Assembly: GCA_963761935.1 (NCBI GenBank)
Contig: CAVXJU010000096.1
Span: forward strand, 104,165-168,164
Direction of reading: 5' to 3'
DNA: 64,000 bases
Source of the DNA: Terriglobia bacterium
Lineage (GTDB): Bacteria; Acidobacteriota; Terriglobia; Bryobacterales; Bryobacteraceae
Below the pieces are notes generated by a model. The model saw only the letters and a list, made by a program, of their open reading frames with translations. It did no database searches and was not told the DNA's origin. The position numbers were made by a program, and so were the translations under genes. Every line of letters begins with the position of its first letter. Positions within the stretch are counted from its first letter, which is position 1. Shown here in pieces: positions 49,524 through 59,520 of this stretch.

Positions 49524-52475
49524 ATGCTTGGCCGTCTCTGCGCTGTTGTTCTCTTGCTACCCTGCGCTTGCTTTGGGCAGCTTGACCGTTCGTCGCTCAA
49601 CGGTACAGTAACCGATCCGAACGGTGCGCGCGTTCCTGGAGCTCAAGTTACAGCGATCCACTCCGCGACCGGTTTGACGCGGAAAACCGAGACCTCCTCG
49701 CAAGGCGCTTACGCCTTCGACGACCTGGCCATCGGACGCTACTCGATCGTCTTCAGCAAGCCTGGATTCGCGGAGCTGCGCGTTGAACAAGTGGATCAGA
49801 CCATCGGTCAGACGCGAACGCTAAATGTCGAGTTGCACGTCAGCGCGGCCTCCCAGCGGACCACCGTGATCGAGCCGTTGGTCCATTTGGATACCGCCAG
49901 CGCGGCCGTGGGCGCACCCATCGAACAGGCGCAACTGCGCGAGCTGCCGCTGAATGGCAGAAACTGGTCCAGCCTTACCGCGCTCGCACCCGGCGCAATC
50001 GATAACGGGCCCAGCGATCAGCGGACCATCCGGTTCGCCGGCCATGGCCTGGACGACAACGATTTCCTCTTCGACGGCGTGGACGCTTCCGGCATCTTGA
50101 ACCAGGCCCAGAAGGAATATGTCCGGCTCGCGATTCCGCTGGATTCGATCGCCGCGTTTCAAGTGGAATCCCAAAATTTCAACGCCGATATCGGTATGAC
50201 CGCCGGAGGCCAAGTCTCGGTGGCGTCGCCCTCCGGCACCAACAGCTTCCACGGCAGCCTGTTCGACTATTTCCGCAACACTGTTTTCGACTCGCGCTCC
50301 CCGTTTGACGGCTCTTCTCCCAGCCCCTTCCTGCTGAACCAATTCGGCGCGAGCATGGACGGGCCGCTAAAGAAGAACCGCACATTTTTCTACGCGAATT
50401 ACGAAGGCCTGCGGCAGCGTCTGGGGCAAACGCAGATCGGGCTAGTCCCCAGTCCAACTTTTCTTGCTCAGGCCGAGACCTCCACTCCGACGCTCGATCC
50501 CATTTATTCCGCCTACCCGCGCGGCACATCGCCCACGTCCAATCCGCAGGTTTGGAATTATGTCGCGGGCGCCAACCAAGTGGATAACGAGGATTCCGGC
50601 ATGCTGCGCCTCGATCAGCATTTCACCGATCGCACCACCGCGTTCCTGCGCTACAGCGCCGACGAAGCGGTCTATAGCATTCCCAGCGGCGCGCTCAACG
50701 TTCTGGCCCACACCGATACCAAGCTCAAGAACGGCGTGGTGGAGCTGTTCCACGTTTTCTCGACGGCCTTGGTCAATGAAGCCAAATTCGGCGTCAACCA
50801 GGATATTTATCACACCGCGAATCTCTCGCCGGTTCCATTCTCCGTTACCGTATCGAATCTCAGCTCGTTGACCGCGGACTCCACCACCGACGGTGTCGGA
50901 ACCACGTTCTCCTATGTCGACGACATGACCTGGGTGAAGGCGCGGCACATCGTCAAGTTCGGCGTCGAGATTCGGCGCATCGACATGAACCAGGGCAATT
51001 CGCCTAGCGGCACGCTGACCTATCTGTCGCTCGCGAATTTCCTCGCGAATGACCTGGACTCCGCCACCTACACCTCGCTGCTTCCGCTGAAGCGGCTGCG
51101 CAAGACGCAGTTCTACGGCTATATCGAGGACCAATATAAAGTGACTCCAAACCTGACCATCAATGCCGGACTGCGCTACTCGTTCTTCAACGTGTTCCAC
51201 GAAGTGTCCGATCGCGCGATCCCATTCGACTTTGCGACTTGCGGGGGATACTGTTCCCAGGGCAGTGTTTTCACCTATCCCCGGCATGACGACTTCGATC
51301 CGCGGCTGGGGATCGCATGGGCGCACGGCAAGACCGTTCTGCGCGCGGGCGGCGGAATCTATCACAGCGACGGCCAGGAAGACGATCAGAACCTGCCGAT
51401 CGAAAATGATGTTCTGCGATACACGCTGTCGTCGGTTGCCACGCCGGGACTCCGCTTCCCGATCGATCCGTTTCTCGCCAACACCACCGGCATCGTGACG
51501 CCTCGCGACCTGTACCGTCATCGCAAGGATATGTACGTCGCGGCTTGGACGGCCTCCATCGAGCGAGCCCTTCCCGGGCATCTGGTTGCAACGGCCTCGT
51601 ATCTTGGAAACAAGGGAACCAATATCCTGACCACCACCTATGTGAACACTATCAATCCGGCCACGAGCCTGCAGCCGTATCCGCAATTCGGCGTGGTTTC
51701 CTGGCGCGGCAACGACAGCAACAGCACCTTCCACGCGCTGCAGATGAACGTGCGGCGCGCGTTCCAGAAGGGATGGTTGCTCGCGGCCAACTACATGTGG
51801 TCGCATTCCATCAACGACGATGGAATCGGCGGCGGCGAATCCGATACTCCTCAGGACGTCTTCTGCCGCGCCTGCGAGAAAGCCAGCAGCGATGACGACG
51901 TGCGGCAGACATTCAATCTTTCCGCTGTGTACTCGCTGCCTTACAAATCCGGCCCGGCGAGTGGTTCCAAGCTGCCGCACGCCCTGCTGGGAGGCTGGCA
52001 AATGAGCGGAATCGCAACCGCTCGCACTGGTCTTCCCGTGAATGTAGTCTTGAACCGCGCGAACGCCTCGCTTCCCGATCAATTCGCCGTCTCCGGCTCG
52101 GAACGTCCGAAGCTGGTGCCAGGTGTTTCGCTCATCCCGCCAGGCGGTCAGACGCCCAACGATTGGATCAATCCGGCTGCCTTCGCGGTGCCTGAGCCGG
52201 GAACCTTCGGCGACGCCGGCCGTAACCTGGTGCGCGCGCCAGGTCTCTGGCAAGTGGATAGTGCCTTGGTCAAAGGCATTACATTGAACGAGAGACTGGT
52301 TTTGCAATGTCGCATCGAGGCCTTCAACGTCTTTAATCGCGCCCAGTATGGCAGCCCGCAAGCGAACCTTTCCACGCCCCTGACGTTTGGCGTCATCACC
52401 ACTCCGGTGAATCAGGGCGCCACGGGAACGGGAACGCCCCGGCAGTTCCAACTCGCTTTGAAGCTGCTTTTCTGA
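49524..52475 (+). CDS. TonB-dependent receptor, CarboxypepD_reg type (983 aa)
   Basis: Signal peptide; LNGTVTDPNGARVPGAQVTA; plug-like region; C-terminal barrel ending QLALKLLF. Confidence 0.85.
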   Translation: MLGRLCAVVLLLPCACFGQLDRSSLNGTVTDPNGARVPGAQVTAIHSATGLTRKTETSSQGAYAFDDLAIGRYSIVFSKPGFAELRVEQVDQTIGQTRTLNVELHVSAASQRTTVIEPLVHLDTASAAVGAPIEQAQLRELPLNGRNWSSLTALAPGAIDNGPSDQRTIRFAGHGLDDNDFLFDGVDASGILNQAQKEYVRLAIPLDSIAAFQVESQNFNADIGMTAGGQVSVASPSGTNSFHGSLFDYFRNTVFDSRSPFDGSSPSPFLLNQFGASMDGPLKKNRTFFYANYEGLRQRLGQTQIGLVPSPTFLAQAETSTPTLDPIYSAYPRGTSPTSNPQVWNYVAGANQVDNEDSGMLRLDQHFTDRTTAFLRYSADEAVYSIPSGALNVLAHTDTKLKNGVVELFHVFSTALVNEAKFGVNQDIYHTANLSPVPFSVTVSNLSSLTADSTTDGVGTTFSYVDDMTWVKARHIVKFGVEIRRIDMNQGNSPSGTLTYLSLANFLANDLDSATYTSLLPLKRLRKTQFYGYIEDQYKVTPNLTINAGLRYSFFNVFHEVSDRAIPFDFATCGGYCSQGSVFTYPRHDDFDPRLGIAWAHGKTVLRAGGGIYHSDGQEDDQNLPIENDVLRYTLSSVATPGLRFPIDPFLANTTGIVTPRDLYRHRKDMYVAAWTASIERALPGHLVATASYLGNKGTNILTTTYVNTINPATSLQPYPQFGVVSWRGNDSNSTFHALQMNVRRAFQKGWLLAANYMWSHSINDDGIGGGESDTPQDVFCRACEKASSDDDVRQTFNLSAVYSLPYKSGPASGSKLPHALLGGWQMSGIATARTGLPVNVVLNRANASLPDQFAVSGSERPKLVPGVSLIPPGGQTPNDWINPAAFAVPEPGTFGDAGRNLVRAPGLWQVDSALVKGITLNERLVLQCRIEAFNVFNRAQYGSPQANLSTPLTFGVITTPVNQGATGTGTPRQFQLALKLLF

Positions 52476-52627
52476 GCCGGGTTCGACGTCCTCCAGGCCG
52501 GTACCCCCCAGCGTCCGAAGCAAGCTGTAATGATTCCCCCCATTTGGGCCGATAGAAAATACGAACATCACGTTGAAGACCATGTCCTTATCTCAGCCAC
52601 CGCCGTAGCGGCTCCTGCCAGTTAACT

Positions 52628-54139
52628 ATGAACGTCGCGCCAATACAGTTCGGCATTGTCGTCAGTTTTCTATCCATCGTGTTCGCCCTGGCCGGCACCG
52701 TGCTCAAGCGGCCGCAATTCGTCTTCTCGGGTTCGGCCACGGCGGTAATCTTGTCAGGCTTTTCTTTGCTGGCCTATCTGGCCATCCACAGCCTCCATTC
52801 AGATCCGATGTTACCCATCGCCACGCTATGTTTCTTTATCGTGGCGGCAGGGTTTATATTGGCTCAAACCAAACTCGCCGGCCACGGATCCACGCTATTG
52901 GGAAGCCTGGGCATCCTGTTAGCAGGCATCGCCGCCGTTAGCGGAATCAACCTGCTCACCGTGAAAGGCGCCGGCCTCGATTGGACCAGGTTACATCAGG
53001 TAGGCTTTCAAGCCGCGGCCGCATTTCTCGCGTTAGGCATCGCCATCAGCATCACCGGCTGGAGCATGACCAAGCCCGGCATTCGGGAGCCGATCTGGCT
53101 ACCCTTCGGATCAGCCCTGCTGATTGTCGTGGTTCGACTGGCGATGTGGCACGCCTACTGGGCCGAGAACCAAGCCCCGGCCTGGCATTGGCTATCCAAC
53201 GTCACGCTGTTGGGCGGTATATCGAGCGCCGCATTGTTCGGCGTAGTGGTTCATCTGGGCCTGAAGGCGCATTTACAGCGCGAAACAGTACGGCGCGTGA
53301 ATCGAAAGCTGGAGGAAGAAACCGCCGAACGCAAGCTGGCGCAGGAATCCGCCCAAGCTGCCAACCAGGCCAAGAGCGAGTTTCTGGCCAATATGAGCCA
53401 CGAGATTCGTACCCCTATGAGCGGCGTGCTCGGGATGCTGGACCTGGCGCTCGATACCAGGCTCGACGACGAACAGAGGGATTATCTCGTTACGGCCAAG
53501 GAATCGGCGGACGGATTGCTTTCGCTCATCAACGACATCCTGGACATTTCGAAAATCGAAGCCGGGAAGTTGACGCTGGAGGAAGTGAATTTCAGCCTGC
53601 GCGAAAGCCTGGAGCAGACGCTGAAAGCGCCCGCTGTTCGCGCCCGGCAGAAAGGCTTGCGTTTCGATTGGCGCGTCGATTCGAAAGTTGGCGACACTGT
53701 CGCGGGCGATCCAGCGCGGCTCCGGCAAATCATCCTCAATCTGGTGGGTAATTCCATCAAGTTCACCAACTCGGGCGAAGTGACGCTTTCCGTCCAGCCG
53801 GAGTCCCAAGAATCTGAGCGTGCCATGCTGCGGTTTACCGTTCGCGATACGGGTCTGGGCATTCCGCCGGACAAACAAGAGTCCATCTTTTCGCCCTTCA
53901 CTCAAGCGGACAGATCCACTACCCGCAATTTCGGGGGCACCGGCCTGGGCCTGACTATCTCGCGCCGGCTGGTCGAAATGCTGGGCGGCCGAATTTGGGT
54001 TGAAAGCCAGCCCGGCCAAGGCAGCTCATTTCACTTCACGGCGCGTTTCGGCATTGCCGGCGATGCTCCAGCAAATTCGCGAGAAGTCTTTCACGCTTCC
54101 AGTTCCATTCACGTTCAATCTAAGGCCGTTCATTTCTGA
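52628..54139 (+). CDS. membrane sensor histidine kinase (multi-TM N-terminus, HisKA, HATPase_c)
   Basis: About 6 hydrophobic helices, then [45 protein letters not shown]. Confidence 0.85.
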   Translation: MNVAPIQFGIVVSFLSIVFALAGTVLKRPQFVFSGSATAVILSGFSLLAYLAIHSLHSDPMLPIATLCFFIVAAGFILAQTKLAGHGSTLLGSLGILLAGIAAVSGINLLTVKGAGLDWTRLHQVGFQAAAAFLALGIAISITGWSMTKPGIREPIWLPFGSALLIVVVRLAMWHAYWAENQAPAWHWLSNVTLLGGISSAALFGVVVHLGLKAHLQRETVRRVNRKLEEETAERKLAQESAQAANQAKSEFLANMSHEIRTPMSGVLGMLDLALDTRLDDEQRDYLVTAKESADGLLSLINDILDISKIEAGKLTLEEVNFSLRESLEQTLKAPAVRARQKGLRFDWRVDSKVGDTVAGDPARLRQIILNLVGNSIKFTNSGEVTLSVQPESQESERAMLRFTVRDTGLGIPPDKQESIFSPFTQADRSTTRNFGGTGLGLTISRRLVEMLGGRIWVESQPGQGSSFHFTARFGIAGDAPANSREVFHASSSIHVQSKAVHF

Positions 54140-54199
54140 TATTGGTCCGCTGACCAGAAGAACCTGAGCCGCGCCGCCCAGGCATTCGATAATAAAAAG

Positions 54200-56767
54200 A
54201 TGAGGTTAGGGGCACTCCTATTACTATGCCTTGCGGCCGCAGTTTTTCCGGCCAGCGCTCAGTCCATCAGCAGCGGTACGGTTCAGGGCACTGTGACCGA
54301 CCCTTCTGGCGCGGTAATCGTAGGCGCACAGGTACACCTGGCGAATGGCGTAACCGGATTCCAGCAAACCACCACCACCGATAGCTCCGGCTCTTACCGC
54401 TTCACCAACGTTCCGATGAACGAATACCAGTTGAGCGTCATCATGGCCGGCTTTGCTTCTGCCTCGGAGCATGTGGACGTCCGCAGCACGCTGCCGGTCG
54501 CGGTGAATATCCCATTGAAGGTGGCTACTGAGGCGACCACCGTAACCGTGGAGGCGGCGGGCGCGCAAGTGGAAACGGATACTTCCACGCACCAGGATGT
54601 CGACCGCAGCAGCTTCTCGAAACTCCCCACCTTCGATCCGGGCGGCGGTTTAAATCAGGCCATCACCTATAGCACCGGCGCGGTGGCCGCCGACGCGAAC
54701 GGTTTCTTTCATCCGGTGGGCGACCACGCCGACACCAGCTACATGATCGATGGGCAGCCCATCACGGACCAGCAGAGCAAGACATTCTCGACGCAGATCC
54801 CGCTGAACGCGCTTCAGAACATGCAACTGGTAACCGGCGCGGTGAACGCCGAGTACGGCGACAAGACCAGCCTGGTGGTAAATGCCACCACGCGGTCGGG
54901 CCTGGGAGCTACCAAGGCAACCGGAAGCATTGAATCCTCCTGGGGCTCGTTCGGAACTTACTCGGAGGACGCTACGCTAGCGTTCGGCACGCCGACTTTC
55001 GGGAATTTCATTGCGGTGAATGGCGTTCGATCGGGACGGTTTCTGGACACGCCCGAGTTCCTGCCGATCCACGATATCGGCAACAATGAAAGCATTTTCG
55101 ATCGCGTGGATTGGCAGCCCACTCCCCTCGACGTGGTGCATTTCGATCTGTTCGCGGTGCGCAACTGGTTTCAAGTGCCCAACAGTTTCGGCCAGTTGTC
55201 GCAGGATCAAAAACAGCGGGTGCTGACCTGGAACATCGCGCCGGGTTATCAACATACCTTCAGCGCCCACACCTTGCTGACGGTGAACCCGTTCGTGCGG
55301 CGGGACCAAGCCAATTACTACGCCAGCCGGGATCCTTTGGCGGATACGCCGGTGACTGCGTCCCAGGGCCGCTTCCTGACCAATCTGGGAGTTAAGGCCG
55401 ACATTGCGCATTCTCAAGGGCGGCATAATATCAAGGCCGGAGTCCAGATCCAGCAGTGGCGCTTGGACGAGGGCTTCCGATTCGGCATAACCGACCCGAC
55501 CTACAATCCAGTGTGTCTGGACGCCGCCGGGAACGCTCTGTTGCTGCCGGGAGTCACCAATCCCAACGCGTGCGCCACCATCAACCCGAGCTATATGGCC
55601 AACCCCAATTTGCAGCCGGGAATCGTGCCGTACGATCTGACACGGGGCGGGTCGTTATTCAATTTCCACGCCCTCCACAATATCGGTGAATACAGCTTCT
55701 ATATCACCGACGAGATCCATCTCGGCAAGCTAACCTTGAATGCCGGGCTGCGGGACGATCAGTACAACGGGCTGACATCGGCCAACGGGGTGCAGCCGCG
55801 CTTAGGCACTTCCTATCAGATTTTGAAGGATACGGTGATCCGCGCATCCTACGCACGCACGTTTGAAACTCCCTACAACGAGAATCTGATCCTGTCGAGC
55901 GGAACCGGCGGAGGGGGCCTGGCGACGAACGTTTTCGGCTCGCAGTCGGCCGCCCTCAAGCCGGGCAATCGCAACGAATTCGATACCGGGCTTCAGCAGG
56001 GCGTGCATGGCTGGTTTATCGTGGACGCGGATTACTTCTGGAAATACACGCACAACGCATACGATTTCAGCGTGTTCTTCAACACACCCATCACGTTTCC
56101 CATCGCCTGGCATAACTCTAAGGTGGACGGTGTGACGGGACGCGTCAGTACCGTCAATCTGCATGGATTTCAGGCCTATATGACGCTGGGACACACGCGG
56201 GCGCGGTATTTTCCGCCCGAAGTCGGCGGATTGATTCCGTTGAGCGGATACCCGACCAATGTGTTCCGCATCGATCATGACCAGGCTTATCAGCAGAATG
56301 TCGTGTTGCACTATCAACGACCGAAGAACGCCGAGTGGATCGACTTCACCTGGCGCTACGACAGCGGATTAGTGGTCAGCGGAGTTCCTGACGTGGCGGC
56401 CGCGCTCACTTTGACCGCGGCCGAGCAGGCCGACATCGGTTTTTCCTGCAACGGCGTGTTCGCGACCTACACCACTCCCATCACTACCTGCAATGGCGTA
56501 GGAAAGTCTACTTTGCTGACGCTGCCCCAAACCGGGACCGAAAACGACGACCATAATCCGGACCGTGTTAAGGCCCGCAATTTGTACAACGCCGGCATTG
56601 GCACCGACAACCTGTTCCACAGCGAGAAGGGCGGGCGCGTAACCTTGCGATTCACGGTCGAGAATCTCACCAACAAAGTGGCGCTGTATAACTTTCTGTC
56701 CACTTTTAGCGGCACCCATTTCGTCGCGCCGCGGACTTACCAGGCAGCCCTCGGATACGCCTTCTAG
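54200..56767 (+). CDS. TonB-dependent receptor, CarboxypepD_reg type (855 aa), intact paralog of 45388..48171
   Basis: SGTVQGTVTDPSGAVIVGAQV, DGQPITDQQSKTF, EYGDKTSLV, terminal LGYAF. Confidence 0.85.
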   Translation: MRLGALLLLCLAAAVFPASAQSISSGTVQGTVTDPSGAVIVGAQVHLANGVTGFQQTTTTDSSGSYRFTNVPMNEYQLSVIMAGFASASEHVDVRSTLPVAVNIPLKVATEATTVTVEAAGAQVETDTSTHQDVDRSSFSKLPTFDPGGGLNQAITYSTGAVAADANGFFHPVGDHADTSYMIDGQPITDQQSKTFSTQIPLNALQNMQLVTGAVNAEYGDKTSLVVNATTRSGLGATKATGSIESSWGSFGTYSEDATLAFGTPTFGNFIAVNGVRSGRFLDTPEFLPIHDIGNNESIFDRVDWQPTPLDVVHFDLFAVRNWFQVPNSFGQLSQDQKQRVLTWNIAPGYQHTFSAHTLLTVNPFVRRDQANYYASRDPLADTPVTASQGRFLTNLGVKADIAHSQGRHNIKAGVQIQQWRLDEGFRFGITDPTYNPVCLDAAGNALLLPGVTNPNACATINPSYMANPNLQPGIVPYDLTRGGSLFNFHALHNIGEYSFYITDEIHLGKLTLNAGLRDDQYNGLTSANGVQPRLGTSYQILKDTVIRASYARTFETPYNENLILSSGTGGGGLATNVFGSQSAALKPGNRNEFDTGLQQGVHGWFIVDADYFWKYTHNAYDFSVFFNTPITFPIAWHNSKVDGVTGRVSTVNLHGFQAYMTLGHTRARYFPPEVGGLIPLSGYPTNVFRIDHDQAYQQNVVLHYQRPKNAEWIDFTWRYDSGLVVSGVPDVAAALTLTAAEQADIGFSCNGVFATYTTPITTCNGVGKSTLLTLPQTGTENDDHNPDRVKARNLYNAGIGTDNLFHSEKGGRVTLRFTVENLTNKVALYNFLSTFSGTHFVAPRTYQAALGYAF

Positions 56768-56840
56768 CGGACCCGGCCAGGCTGGTTAAGGTTAAAGGGG
56801 GTGGCCGCTTGTGCCGATGAGATGACTTGGGACAAGACCC

Positions 56841-57974
56841 TTGTCGAAGACCGACGACCTCAGCCTGATCAAGCGCCAGTTCTTGGCAAGTCTGAACCAC
56901 GAGATTCGGACCCCACTCAGCGGCATCCTCGGCATGACCGATCTGCTGCTGGAAACACAGCTCACCTGCGACCAAAAAGAGTATGTGGACTCGACCCGCC
57001 TCTGCGCTGAAAACCTGCTTCAGATTATCAATGGCGCGCTCGAGTACTCCGCGCTTTCCGCCAATCATGTTCGGGTAGAGGAGACCGAGTTTCCGCTGCT
57101 CGAGACTCTGGAAGGCATTACGGCGGAATTCTTGCCCAAGGCCGAATCCAAGGGCCTGAAGCTAACACGGAATTTCGATCCGAAGCTTCCCGAAGCCGCC
57201 ATTGGCGATGCGGTTCGTCTCCGGCAACTGCTGGTGAATCTGCTCGGTAATGCCATCAAATTTACCGATAAGGGCGAAGTTGAGCTCAGTGCTTTTGGCA
57301 GCCAGAACGACCAATCCACCGTATCGCTCACCATCGTGGTGCGTGACACGGGCATCGGGATTTCGCCCGACCGCGTCCGGTCCATTTTCGAAGGATTCCA
57401 AAGGCTGCACGATCCCGTCAGCGATCACAGCGGCCTGGGGCTTGGTTTGGCGGTCTCGCAGAAGTTGGCGATGTTGCTCCATGGCGCGATCACAGTTCAA
57501 AGCGAGCTCGGGCGGGGAAGTACGTTCTTCGTCGACATACCGCTCAGGCTGCCGTCGGAAACCGCAAAACACGAGCTGGAGACGGAAAAGGCGGGCGGCC
57601 GCATCCTGGTTGTGGACGACAACGCCATCGCGCAAACCATCGCCAGCCACGCGCTGGGGCGCAGGGGCTACAAGGTGCAGTGCGCCGGCGACGGGCTAGC
57701 GGCGCTGGAAGCTGCCTCACATGCTACTTTCGACCTAATTCTTCTGGATTTGCAAATGCCCGGTTTGGATGGCTTTGAGACGGCCGAGCGTCTGCACCAG
57801 ATGCCGGCCTACGTTCAAACGCCCATCGTGGCCGTGACGGCCAACTGCTCGGACGACTATCAGGAGCGATGCCGTCAATACGGCATGCAAGGATTTCTTG
57901 CCAAGCCGGTCCGCACCAAGGACCTGGTTGAGACCGTCGAGCAATACTGCACGCCGGTCTTGGCGCCTAACTGA
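56841..57974 (+). CDS. sensor-less hybrid histidine kinase (HisKA + HATPase_c + REC)
   Basis: The protein begins about 10 aa before FLASLNHEIRTPLSGILGM. Also DTGIGI, GLGLGLAVS, and REC ILVVDDN...LILLDLQMP...KP. The TTG start has no RBS. GTG 56801 with AAGGGGG lies in another frame. Confidence 0.8.
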   Translation: MSKTDDLSLIKRQFLASLNHEIRTPLSGILGMTDLLLETQLTCDQKEYVDSTRLCAENLLQIINGALEYSALSANHVRVEETEFPLLETLEGITAEFLPKAESKGLKLTRNFDPKLPEAAIGDAVRLRQLLVNLLGNAIKFTDKGEVELSAFGSQNDQSTVSLTIVVRDTGIGISPDRVRSIFEGFQRLHDPVSDHSGLGLGLAVSQKLAMLLHGAITVQSELGRGSTFFVDIPLRLPSETAKHELETEKAGGRILVVDDNAIAQTIASHALGRRGYKVQCAGDGLAALEAASHATFDLILLDLQMPGLDGFETAERLHQMPAYVQTPIVAVTANCSDDYQERCRQYGMQGFLAKPVRTKDLVETVEQYCTPVLAPN

Positions 57975-57998
57975 GCATTTGGCGAGCTACAATGAGGG

Positions 57999-58673
57999 TT
58001 GTTTCGCCTGGACCCTGGTCAAGTTTTTCGGGCCGAGATACTGCAACAGTTTGAGTGGCTGGAACACGGTTTCGGCACCCGCCACAGCCCAGCTTGGCCT
58101 ACTGGCGAGAACTTGGCTACGCTTCGCCAAATTCATTCCAACAAAGTGATTCTGGCTGATCGGCCGGGCGACTTGGGTGAAGGGGACGCCCTGATCTCGA
58201 ATACCCCTGGCCTCACTTTGGTGATCCGCACCGCCGACTGCCTGCCTATTCTGATCGCCGATCCTGAAAACCGGGCCATCGCAGCCGTCCACGCCGGCTG
58301 GAGAGGCACGGTCCAGCAGATCTTGCTCGAAACGGTCCGGGCCATGTCGGACCGCTTTGGAAGCCGTCCCCAGGATCTGGCGATCGCCGTTGGGCCTGCC
58401 ATTGGCGAGTGTTGTTACGAAGTGGGTGCGGAGGTCGCGGAACAGTTTTCCGGCTTTTTTCCCAAGCTTCAGAGTCCGAAGGGAAAGGCCAGAATCAACC
58501 TGGCTGAGGCGTCCATTCGGCAGTTGAGACGAAATGGCGGCAGTTTGGGACAAATCGACCCCAGTGGCTTATGCACCCGCTGTTTGCGGGACTTGTTCCA
58601 CTCTTATCGTAGGGATGGCAATGCAGCCGGAAGGATGTTCAGCGGAATCGGGATTCGACCCAGGAACCAATAG
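57999..58673 (+). CDS. pgeF: YfiH/PgeF (DUF152, laccase-domain) family protein
   Basis: HGFGTR, GDALIS, TADCLPIL, HAGWRGT, CCYEVG, CT.C....FHSYRRD. Confidence 0.8.
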   Translation: MFRLDPGQVFRAEILQQFEWLEHGFGTRHSPAWPTGENLATLRQIHSNKVILADRPGDLGEGDALISNTPGLTLVIRTADCLPILIADPENRAIAAVHAGWRGTVQQILLETVRAMSDRFGSRPQDLAIAVGPAIGECCYEVGAEVAEQFSGFFPKLQSPKGKARINLAEASIRQLRRNGGSLGQIDPSGLCTRCLRDLFHSYRRDGNAAGRMFSGIGIRPRNQ

Positions 58674-58683
58674 CTGGCAGGAA

Positions 58684-58713
58684 ACATAAAAGGCGCGAGA
58701 CTGTTCTCGCGCC
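58684..58713 (-). terminator. Rho-independent terminator of the dksA-like gene
   Basis: Perfect 9-bp stem GGCGCGAGA/TCTCGCGCC (58692-58700 / 58705-58713) with a 4-nt loop, followed on the minus strand by TTTTATGTTT. Confidence 0.7.
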
Positions 58714-58737
58714 CTCTATGCGAAGACCGGTTGAAGT

Positions 58738-59121
58738 TTAAGCCGCGTTTACAAGGATGTCGTCGAGGCTCTCCGTGCCTTCTTCCTGATTCTTATCAGC
58801 GATTTCCTGACACTGGATGCAATAGGCCGCCCAGGGCACAGCGTGCAAGCGCTTGATGCTGATATCTTCTTCGCAGTGCAGGCAGGTGCCAAAAGTGCCC
58901 TCATCGATGCGGTGCAGGGCCGCGCGAACGTTGCGCAGCAGGTTAGATTCGCGGTCCAAGTTTCGGATGGCGAGTTCACGCTCAGCGGCGTTTTGAACCT
59001 CGTCCAGGGCGTCGGGGCTCTTCTCGATGGTGATCCCTTCGCGATTTCGTAGCACTTGGGCCAGTTCCGCCTGTTTGGTTTCCAGGACTTCTTTAAATTT
59101 GTTTAACTCGGTCTTCGTCAT
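58738..59121 (-). CDS. dksA: DksA/TraR family C4 zinc-finger protein
   Basis: Coiled-coil N-terminus with PDALDEV tip; CLHC-N17-CIQC zinc finger. Confidence 0.8.
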   Translation of the reverse strand: MTKTELNKFKEVLETKQAELAQVLRNREGITIEKSPDALDEVQNAAERELAIRNLDRESNLLRNVRAALHRIDEGTFGTCLHCEEDISIKRLHAVPWAAYCIQCQEIADKNQEEGTESLDDILVNAA

Positions 59122-59520
59122 AAGCTTAGCTCTCCTAATTCTTTTCTGCTTCTCTCATCAACACGTTTAGACGCGCGAGCCTTCAGAAAGGTTCAAACCG
59201 TTGCAGGTGATGACTGAACTATAGTGAACTCTGAAGTTTAGCGACCGGCGGCAGCGCCCGTCGGCCGGAGAGGTCAGCAGTCTAGCTCCAAAAATCATAC
59301 CACAACGGCTAAGCAATTCAAGTACCACCCAAAAAAAATTTTGCACCGGCCATCCCGATCCCAAAATCCTCATCCTTCCAAACCCCTAGTCCTGCTTCTT
59401 ATCGTCTCGATGCCATAAAACGTTTATGGCTTTTGTCACGAAAAATTGCGGTCTGCGATCCAGACCAGGATATACTGTTGTCCTTGTAAAACCTGCCGCG
59501 CCGAGTACCATCGCTTAACC

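Noticed and set aside
50442-52583. 713-aa ORF antisense to the 983-aa TonB-dependent receptor
   Set aside because: Arg/Gly-rich, no motifs, and fully contained opposite a well-supported gene.
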